The notes below the pieces were generated by a model. The model saw only the letters and a list, made by a program, of their open reading frames with translations, made no database searches and was not told where the DNA came from. 64,000 nt of DNA from a virus, in IMG/VR virus record IMGVR_UViG_3300020159_001897, positions 2,399-66,398 of that record; one strand, 5' to 3'. Positions 56,557-64,000 of the stretch are shown here, one piece after another. The position numbers and the translations under genes were made by a program. The stretch's first letter is position 1. Each line of letters opens with the position of its first letter.

Positions 56557-56739
56557 CCTGTTAGAGGTCTTATAGAAGCCGCCACCCCTAAAGGCAATCC
56601 CTACATGCCCGTATACACGCTTCACAGGCCCTACAGCGCGCGTAACTGGATGAGGGAGTACTTCATAGGCATCTTCCCTAATACCTTGCGCCATTTCGAC
56701 TTCCGCACCATCTTCAAATCTATATACATATACAGGCAT
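56533..56739 (-). CDS. FmdB-like small regulator lacking the zinc cysteines
   Basis: MP.Y.Y...KRV....GI.F.G.GFY.T..R; leaderless after TATAGT. Confidence 0.6.
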   Translation of the reverse strand: MPVYVYRFEDGAEVEMAQGIREDAYEVLPHPVTRAVGPVKRVYGHVGIAFRGGGFYKTSNRSKETGGE

Positions 56740-57161
56740 AGCGGGATACTATAGCAGACAGCCGTATTACGACAAATACGATATTTTTTTGAGCCGACAA
56801 ATGTGCCGATATTTAAGCAAAATGGCCTTTCCGATTCCTCCATTTATTGCCCGTATGTATGCACCTTTTGAGACTCTGGTATCTGGTTTACCATACATCC
56901 GCTTGCATACAACTTGCCCTACTTGTATACATGCACATGTTCGCATACAAGTAGGCTCTTACAAGCATGCTAAGTTGATAATAATATATTACTACTGTAT
57001 GTCTGTCTGTGTATGCTGTTCAACTGGACTAATATGGTCTGGAAGCATCTCTCCCTCACAGCAATTAGACTTAAGTCCACAAGCCGTACACCTCCACCGA
57101 GTAGCAATAGGGTTGTACTGGTTCCCACAGTAATCGCACTCAAGGGAAGACATAGAGTGAG

Positions 57162-57428
57162 TTACTTCTTCTTAGTAGGAGTAGTCTTCTTCTTGGCTAC
57201 TGGCTTCTTTGCTACAGCCTTCTTGGTTACTTTCTTTACTGGAGCCTTCTGTGTTTTTTTAACGGGCGGGGCAGACTTTACTTCTTGTACTGGTGCGGTT
57301 GCTTTTGCAACTACTGCCTTTAGGTTTGCTGCCTTCATGGCCTTGAGTTCCTTACGGGCTTCTACGCGAGCCTTTTCAGTTACTACTCCGAGGATGAATG
57401 CAAGGACGATTACAATTACTGCTTCCAT
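57162..57428 (-). CDS. Membrane-anchored protein with a histone-H1-like K/A/P tail
   Basis: N-terminal TM segment; PVKK/VAKK repeats. Confidence 0.65.
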   Translation of the reverse strand: MEAVIVIVLAFILGVVTEKARVEARKELKAMKAANLKAVVAKATAPVQEVKSAPPVKKTQKAPVKKVTKKAVAKKPVAKKKTTPTKKK

Positions 57429-57429
57429 A

Positions 57430-58095
57430 TTATTTCTTCTTTCGTGTTGGTGGTTTCTTGGTTACTGGGGGTTTTGGTACAGGGGGTAACTCTGCACCTT
57501 GAGTGTATACAGTGTAGGGGCCACCTGTATGGGGGTCAAACCTTGAAGCCATTGTCAGGCTCTTGGTAATTGCCTTCTTGGCACTCTGTAAGGTTGTACG
57601 GGCGCTTGAGGTGATAACCGAGAGCGCGCCGATGGCATAGGACGCGCCTGAACCGATTCCGTAGAGTCCTGTGTTATTCGTGTACCAGGAGTAGTCTCCA
57701 TCGATAATGTAGATAGTATTATTTACAATACATACAATCTGGGAATCGTGCTGGGCTATGTGGTCTTTCCCATCCTTGTTTTCTGGCTGGGAGTAACCGT
57801 GCTCATCAAAGCACGCGCGTAGGGCGGGAATGAACTTAGTCGTGATGAACTGGTCTAATTTCTTTCCCTTTAGGTTGGGAGGACATGCGGGCGGTTGGAA
57901 TGCATGGTGCAGGATGTTAATCGCGCGGAGGTCTCCAGCAGCGCCTAGAATGTACTTACCGTTGTTTCCAATCTTTGGATTGGTAGCAGATAGTGTTCCG
58001 ACTTCGGCTGATGCTTCTCCGTAGATTGTAGAGATGCGGGAATCCGAACCAACTACGGCCCAGCCTTCGCCTTGTATCGCCAGTATGGTTGTCAT
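57430..58095 (-). CDS. Ntn-hydrolase protease (proteasome beta / HslV-like)
   Basis: MTTI start exposing Thr; GSDSR, PKI, AGD, GIGSG and D..TGG motifs. Confidence 0.8.
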   Translation of the reverse strand: MTTILAIQGEGWAVVGSDSRISTIYGEASAEVGTLSATNPKIGNNGKYILGAAGDLRAINILHHAFQPPACPPNLKGKKLDQFITTKFIPALRACFDEHGYSQPENKDGKDHIAQHDSQIVCIVNNTIYIIDGDYSWYTNNTGLYGIGSGASYAIGALSVITSSARTTLQSAKKAITKSLTMASRFDPHTGGPYTVYTQGAELPPVPKPPVTKKPPTRKKK

Positions 58096-58327
58096 AGGAC
58101 AATTTAATATATCACTAGTTACTACGACATGTTTCACCAAATGATTGACAATTAGTAACGGGGCGTATATGATGTGTGTATGACCAACCCAATTTCAAAA
58201 AAAAATTCTTTGCGCTATGCGCACATAACTAGGATGCTTGATAAGGCTCAGTGGATAATCTTACAAGCGGGGCAGACTTTAGAGAATGAAGCATGGTTAA
58301 TAGAATCAACTAAACAAGGAGCAATAA

Positions 58328-60058
58328 ATGCAAGAAATAAATAAAGAGATGAAAGAATCACAACTGGCATATTGGAATTACTTCCAAATGTGCGAACAAT
58401 TAGACGATGACCTTTACGAAATGCAGAGTACTCGTTTTGGAAGAATCCGACTTTGGATTGTGAAGTTGCTGGCTAATCGCTTTTATTACAGTTCACTTGA
58501 TTTACTCGGTATGCACAACGGTCGATACATTGCTGAACTGATGAAGGACGAAGTTTCTTATTCAATTTGGGAAAACTCCCAGAATGCTAGATGACATAAC
58601 AGTCAGGCTAAGAGATTTACTATCTTGGGAAAATGCTGATGAAGCAATCCTGGAAATTCAGATACTCCGTCAGATGGTTCGCGACTGGGAACAAACAGCA
58701 AAGATGCTTGCTATGGACTTAGGCAATCTTGAATTCGCCCAGGAAATATACGATGATGTCTCGGATGGGCTGTATGAAAAGGTTCGCGAAAGGATTAAAT
58801 CCATTGAGTAATGACGGCAAAGAATACTGGCAGCAGGAATATCACTGGCACAAACAGGTGGAATCTGGAATGGATAAAACCAAGATTGTCAAGATGGACA
58901 TGGAAACATTCCGTCAACTCAAAGATGCCGAAGACGAGCGGGATTACTGGAGACGGTTGGCTCGAGAATTAATCGATATTATTAAGAAAGTAACAAAAAA
59001 AGGAAGTTTATGAGCGTATTTTTTGAAAACGGGGTAAAGGACATTGTCTTTGCCTATGGGGTTGTAGAAACAGAAATGTATAGGTTGCGCGACCTACTTG
59101 AAAAGATGACTCTTGATAGGGATGCGTGGATGGGATATGCAAACGACCTAGAGAAAGAAGTGGAGATGCTGAGGCAATGAACGAAATAGGTTACGAGAAA
59201 TTCATTGAAAAGATTGTCAATCCTGTGTCTAAATGCGTAATGCACGACGACGCAGTAAATGCTGCCGAACTCATTGACATGTGGCGTGGGGTTGCGGTAA
59301 CTCTTTATCATGCAATCCAGGAAGGCGCTGGAGGAGAGGGTATGGAGGCATACTGGTGGGGCGAAAGAGAAGAAACGCGAATTATCAACTCGCAGAGTTA
59401 CCAAGGAGCAAAGCGTGATTAACACTGTTTTACTAGCAATTATTACTGGAATGTTGATTGGTAAATGGATTGTTGAGCCACTCATTGACATTTATCAAGA
59501 GCGTAAAGACTTAGCCACATTTGAAATGATGTGGGATAAGAATGACTGGCTGGACTAGAAGTGTCTGACGCCCGACTTTGCCAATGTGTCTATCGTGGAC
59601 CAATACCCAGAAATCCCATGTGCGGAGAAAAGCCAGACGATTTCGATGAGTAGGCCAGAATCTCCAATGACCGTTTTGTCTATTCGTCTCCACGACGCTG
59701 AACTAGACCGTGATTACTTTAAGGGCGCAGCACGGGCGATGGCATATGTTATGCTCGTCGACTCTGGAATAGAAAAGCCAACAGAAGAGCATGTTCTAGA
59801 GTTCATCGAAAAAGTAGGCGGAAGGCGAGATATCTGGTGAGCGAAAAAATTCATATTTGTCCACATTGTGGTGGAAGCCTAAAGGGTGAATACATCGACC
59901 AGCACCTGATTGATGACGGTAGGTACTCGCCAACATGCAAAATTTGCGGGGATAAGAACCACTGGAGACTTGAAACCGCGCTTGTAGATAGCAGTAGTGG
60001 CGAGACTGTTGGAATGGTGTGCAACGCTTGTCGCAAGGGCTGGGATTTCAAATTTTAA
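58328..60058 (+). other. Plus-strand operon of about eight small hypothetical CDS (e.g. 58328..58594, 58584..58811, 59586..59840, Zn-ribbon 59837..60058)
   Basis: TTGACA-N17-TATGAT promoter at ~58145-58173; overlapping ORFs with RBS. Confidence 0.6.
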
Positions 60059-61769
60059 ATCGGTTTAACTTCTTTTGTTTTGCCGAAACCCATTTTAAAG
60101 AACCATTTTGCAATGCGCATATGTGCTTGACCCTTGAAAAATAACCAACCGACATTGCTTTTCTGCAAAATTTAGGTGTCCTAATTACCATAAAAGATTT
60201 AGGTTCAACAACCGTGGTCAAAGAAGGTGCCAATGTGGTCGTGGTTGTGGTAGTAGACGGAATATTCTCTACTTTTTCTTCGCTGAATGATTCACTCTGT
60301 TCTTGATTTGGCTCATCGGCAACCTCAATTGGAGCAGTTGATGTTGTTTTTTGGTGCGGAATAGTTGTACTGCTTGAAGTAGTTGTTGTCTGCTGAATTA
60401 AGGTCGTACTAGTCGTACTAGTCGTACTGCTCGTGCTTGTTGTGCTTGTTGTAGAAACAACTGGCGCAATTGTGGTCGTAGTTGTCGTAGTTGTCGTAGT
60501 TGTCGTAGTTGTACTGGTAGTCGTGGTTTCTGGCGCAATTACAATGGATTCGGGCTGTGGATTCAGTACATGGCTACCATTAAAAAGAATCAAATTAGGT
60601 GAATTCAAACCCGACGAAAGAACTTCTTTTTCTGTTGCCATAGAAATAACGGTTTCGTGTACCTGCATCGGGGACAAGGAGTTATCCGCTTCTAAAATCA
60701 TTGCTACGACTCCAGCAACATGCGGCGAAGCCATAGATGTTCCAGAAAGGCCCTTAAGACCAGTCTGGGTATCTTTCCATGTAGAAACAATGTCGGTTCC
60801 AGGAGCGAATAGGTCCACGCACGAACCAAAATTTGAAGCAGTAATTTTAGAGTCTGCCTGATTGCTCGCGGCAACAGTTATTGCACCTGGAGCCGAAGAC
60901 GGCGAGTAGAGACATGAATCGCGAGAATTATTTCCAGCACCAACAACCACGGATATATTGTCTCCAATGGCTGAAGCAATTGCACTGTTTACAACTGAGG
61001 AAAAACTTCTGCTGAGGCTTAAATTAGCCACTGCTGGATGTTGTTCATCGTGATAATTTATCATCCATTCAATTCCAGCAAGAAGATTTGCTGTTGTTCC
61101 ATATGCAGTGCATGAAAGAACGCGAACTGGAATTAAGTCAACAGATTTTGCGACTCCATAGGTTTGTGCTCCTATGATTCCAGCGACATGCGTACCGTGT
61201 CCATTGCAGTCATTTGTTCCGTATCCATCATTTATTACTGAAAAACCGCCACTTACCCTTCCAGAAAACTCTTGGTGGTTCGGGTTTATCCCAGTGTCAA
61301 TGACATAAACAGGAATCCCATTCCCAGACTCTTGGTATGAATACATTGCGTCTAGTGGTAAATCTCTCTGATTAATTCTGTCCAAACCCCATGTTGGTCG
61401 CTGGCCATCAACTACTTCTAGTTCCTGAGTTGCTGTCACCGCGGTTGGAAAATCTTCGTATATTTCACTTACTCTTGGGTCTCTGCTGAGTGCCGCATGT
61501 TTATCTCTGTCTAATTCTGTAGAAAATCCATTCACCGAATATTGAAAGTTGTGCCCGATATCAAGCGAGTATTGATTCCTTATCTGCTCAACTTGAAGAA
61601 AATCACCATCAATTGTGACGATGTAGGTTTTCAAGAAGCCATCTGCCGCAAGAATACTCTGGGGGTTTGGCATTGCTGGAGGATTGTCAAAAATGGGTGC
61701 CTGAGCAATAACCTCGGACGATATACAAACAGAACAGACTGCAAGTACCGCTATCATTAATTTTTTCAT
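60048..61769 (-). CDS. Secreted subtilisin-like S8 serine protease with an I9 propeptide and Thr-rich linker
   Basis: Signal peptide; YVIDTGI, HGTHVAG, AGN and GTSMASPHVAG motifs. Confidence 0.92.
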   Translation of the reverse strand: MKKLMIAVLAVCSVCISSEVIAQAPIFDNPPAMPNPQSILAADGFLKTYIVTIDGDFLQVEQIRNQYSLDIGHNFQYSVNGFSTELDRDKHAALSRDPRVSEIYEDFPTAVTATQELEVVDGQRPTWGLDRINQRDLPLDAMYSYQESGNGIPVYVIDTGINPNHQEFSGRVSGGFSVINDGYGTNDCNGHGTHVAGIIGAQTYGVAKSVDLIPVRVLSCTAYGTTANLLAGIEWMINYHDEQHPAVANLSLSRSFSSVVNSAIASAIGDNISVVVGAGNNSRDSCLYSPSSAPGAITVAASNQADSKITASNFGSCVDLFAPGTDIVSTWKDTQTGLKGLSGTSMASPHVAGVVAMILEADNSLSPMQVHETVISMATEKEVLSSGLNSPNLILFNGSHVLNPQPESIVIAPETTTTSTTTTTTTTTTTTTTIAPVVSTTSTTSTSSTTSTTSTTLIQQTTTTSSSTTIPHQKTTSTAPIEVADEPNQEQSESFSEEKVENIPSTTTTTTTLAPSLTTVVEPKSFMVIRTPKFCRKAMSVGYFSRVKHICALQNGSLKWVSAKQKKLNRFKI

Positions 61770-62045
61770 TGGTTTCTCCTTGTTTGATTATACGGGGAAA
61801 AACGATTATCGCTACACGAGATGGAATCTATCTAATCTAAAAATGTGATAAAGAAATTTGATTTTTCGCTATTTGAGATGGTTTAATACATATCTATGTT
61901 TATCTTTTTCGTCATTTCAGCAGCAGCACTAGTCATACTGGCACACAAATTCGTAATGACATCAGTTAACAACTATGAGTATTACGGAAGCAACACCGCA
62001 AGGCAGGAGTGGATTAACTTTGAGAGGGAAAAACTTGGGCAAGAC

Positions 62046-62657
62046 TTATTTAAATAACTCTGTATTTTTAATCACTGCCGTAGCCGACATCGGCTCTTCA
62101 CGCGTACCCTGAATATAAATTCCTACCAATTCTGCATTTTCTCGGATGTACGCTGCCTCTTCTTCGGTGGAATAGCGCGACTCCCATTCTGAAAGTTTTT
62201 CGATTAGGTCAATTGTCTTCTCGTCCAGCAATTTAATAAATTCCAGGCCGCACCAAGGGGCGTGAAGGTCTTCAATTATAAACATTTTCGTGTGTGGAAA
62301 TAGGGTAGAGAAAGTAAGTTGCTGCATCTCCGTTGTGTGCCCACCATCGTCGAGAATTAAATCCCAAGGCTCGTAGGTGTTGGATAGCATTTGTTGTTTA
62401 TTTAATTGGTTAATCTGCTTGACATGGCATCCAGGGACATGAATTGGTTTGCTTATATCCCATCCTTCTACATGGCAGTCAGCGTCAAACCATTCTCTCC
62501 ATGTTTGCAAAGATTGACCTTTGAGTACGCCAATTTCAAGAAAGCGCTTTACGTTTTTTCTGTCAATATTCTTCTCGTAAAAGTCTAGATAGTTATGGTA
62601 TGTGGCTTTATCGGTTGCATGCCTAAGACCAATTTTGTGCAATGATTCAACTGTCAT
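62046..62657 (-). CDS. Class I SAM-dependent methyltransferase
   Basis: TDK...H.Y, LEIGV..G.S...W, DLILDDGGH and IIEDL motifs. Confidence 0.8.
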   Translation of the reverse strand: MTVESLHKIGLRHATDKATYHNYLDFYEKNIDRKNVKRFLEIGVLKGQSLQTWREWFDADCHVEGWDISKPIHVPGCHVKQINQLNKQQMLSNTYEPWDLILDDGGHTTEMQQLTFSTLFPHTKMFIIEDLHAPWCGLEFIKLLDEKTIDLIEKLSEWESRYSTEEEAAYIRENAELVGIYIQGTREEPMSATAVIKNTELFK

Positions 62658-62667
62658 AAAAATACTC

Positions 62668-62979
62668 TTATAAATCCAGCATGTTTAGTATTTGATTCTT
62701 GCCTTTAGCGCCTACCTCACGCTTTACGACCTGCCCATCTTTAAATAAAATTAAAGTAGGAATGCTCATAACGCTAAATTTTTGAGCAATATCTCCGTTT
62801 TCGTCAATATCGACCTTTGCGATAAGAACAGAATCAGAACGCTCTGCATCAATGTCTTTCAGGATTGGGGAGATTGCTTTACATGGTCCACACCAAGCAG
62901 CCCAAAAATCTACAAGTACAGGTATTGGTGATGTTCTGATAACGGTGTCAAAATCTTTGCTATTCAGATGAACAATCAC
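62668..62979 (-). CDS. trxA: Thioredoxin
   Basis: VDFWA.WCGPCK and SIPTL..FK.G motifs. Confidence 0.93.
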   Translation of the reverse strand: MIVHLNSKDFDTVIRTSPIPVLVDFWAAWCGPCKAISPILKDIDAERSDSVLIAKVDIDENGDIAQKFSVMSIPTLILFKDGQVVKREVGAKGKNQILNMLDL

Positions 62980-63227
62980 TACTCCACCTCAATAAAGATG
63001 CACTCACCAGGGCACTCTTCGGCCGCTTCTACAACATCAGAAAGTCTGTCGTCGGCGAAAGATGCCATTCCTTCCGCCCCTTCTGGATTACCTACAGCGG
63101 CAGCATAAATCTTGTCGCCTTCTTTTACATACGCAAGACCGTCTGGCATCATATGAAACACATCTGGGGCTATCTCCGCGCAAAGTCCGTCGCCCGTGCA
63201 CAAATCTTGGTCAATCCAAACTCTCAT
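62979..63227 (-). CDS. Single-cluster ferredoxin, actinobacterial type
   Basis: IDQDLCTGDGLC.E.APDVF...A.ECPGECI. Confidence 0.9.
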   Translation of the reverse strand: MRVWIDQDLCTGDGLCAEIAPDVFHMMPDGLAYVKEGDKIYAAAVGNPEGAEGMASFADDRLSDVVEAAEECPGECIFIEVE

Positions 63228-63865
63228 TCTTCCTCCATAATTTCAATATCATAGTGATACTCATCATTGTCAGCAGTCCGCCATTTTTTGGCATCTTCCA
63301 CATCCCAAAGTCTTGTATTGACTAATCGTTTTATAAGATTACCGTCTTTTGTGGTAAAGGATGGGTCAAACAACCTAACTCTGTTATTTGGTTGGATGGC
63401 GAAGTTCCCATCATCTCTAAGCATTACATGCCCGCATTTGTGCTGACCTGGGTTAACGCTGAAGCCAAGGTTAATTACATTGTCGTCTGGGGAATGCCAG
63501 TCCAAGGTAAACAAATACTTGGCGTTTACAAACTCTCCAGACCGAGCAACATATGTCATTCTCATGTTTCTCATGGCTTGAAATTCAGTAACGGATACAT
63601 GGGAACTAAAAGAGTTCCATAAAACCAAATCATGTATATCCGTTTCTGGGGTATTTGGTTTCGCGCAAAAAGCACTTATTGGCATTCTCCACCAAACACC
63701 GCCATCCTCCATAAGAAAGTGAAATAGGGGGCTTCTACCTTGTAGTGAGGCAACTCCAAAAATCATGCACGGATAATACTCGTTATGCGAGTCAAGTTGA
63801 TTGCGTAGATAGTTCCCGCGCACATAACACTCAATCGGTGGAATGTTTGCGTTTAGTTCTGGCAC
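63224..63865 (-). CDS. Conserved phage hypothetical protein
   Basis: LNANIP, G..W.R.PISAF, Y.FTLDW and HKC.H...GNFA.QPNNR motifs. Confidence 0.75.
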   Translation of the reverse strand: MPELNANIPPIECYVRGNYLRNQLDSHNEYYPCMIFGVASLQGRSPLFHFLMEDGGVWWRMPISAFCAKPNTPETDIHDLVLWNSFSSHVSVTEFQAMRNMRMTYVARSGEFVNAKYLFTLDWHSPDDNVINLGFSVNPGQHKCGHVMLRDDGNFAIQPNNRVRLFDPSFTTKDGNLIKRLVNTRLWDVEDAKKWRTADNDEYHYDIEIMEEE

Positions 63866-63868
63866 TTT

Positions 63869-64000
63869 CTACTCTTCGCTATCAGGGATTCCGTTACCGT
63901 CTTTGTCCTCGCCATTGCGCCCTGTTGAAATCATCAGTCCAGCAAGAGTACCAGTGATAAATGTTGCTACCGAGGAGAGAACTCCAAAGAACATCTTGTC
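63869..64000 (-). CDS. 3' end of a membrane protein, truncated at the window edge
   Basis: Manual read DKMFFGVLSSVATFITGTLAGLMIS...DKDGNGIPDSEE*. Confidence 0.6.
   Translation of the reverse strand, partial: DKMFFGVLSSVATFITGTLAGLMISTGRNGEDKDGNGIPDSEE

Noticed and set aside
60400-60530. GTCGTAGTT / GTCGTACTA 9-bp tandem repeats and Val-rich ORF 60433..60861
   Set aside because: This is simply the poly-Thr linker of the S8 protease read on the other strand.
1-64000. tRNA, tmRNA or rRNA genes
   Set aside because: No cloverleaf with a T-loop GTTCRA and acceptor stem was recognised by eye; tRNAscan-SE or ARAGORN would settle it.

Overview
This is a 64-kb segment of a large tailed phage genome. 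The host is inferred to be an actinobacterium, probably a freshwater Acidimicrobiia-like lineage, from WhiB, an actinobacterial-type SSB and ferredoxin, Gram-positive SOS boxes and GAAAGG/AAGGAG ribosome-binding sites. (1) 1-30 kb, minus strand: the virion module, with fibre/beta-propeller proteins, head-tail connectors, an HK97 capsid, a multidomain prohead protease, a portal-MuF fusion and the terminases. SSB, exonuclease, transglycosylase and HNH genes are interleaved. (2) 30-32 kb: a short plus-strand block. (3) About 32.1-56.6 kb: a compositionally distinct early-type region of small, mostly minus-strand genes, most with their own strong promoter. This region is punctuated every 2-5.5 kb by non-coding islands. 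The islands carry a polar, fixed-spacing tripartite ~55-bp motif plus TGATATATCA palindromes, DnaA boxes, LexA boxes and FtsR-like MerR sites. The region also holds several promoter-driven structured non-coding RNAs, including hairpins whose loops mimic the 16S rRNA anti-Shine-Dalgarno tail. (4) 56.7-64 kb: accessory genes (Ntn protease, subtilisin, methyltransferase, thioredoxin, ferredoxin). The top novelty candidates are the periodic host-protein-site islands, the anti-SD-loop RNAs, and a protease polyprotein carrying a conserved copy of the capsid's predicted mature N-terminal peptide. All family calls come from motif recognition by eye; no database search or computation was run.
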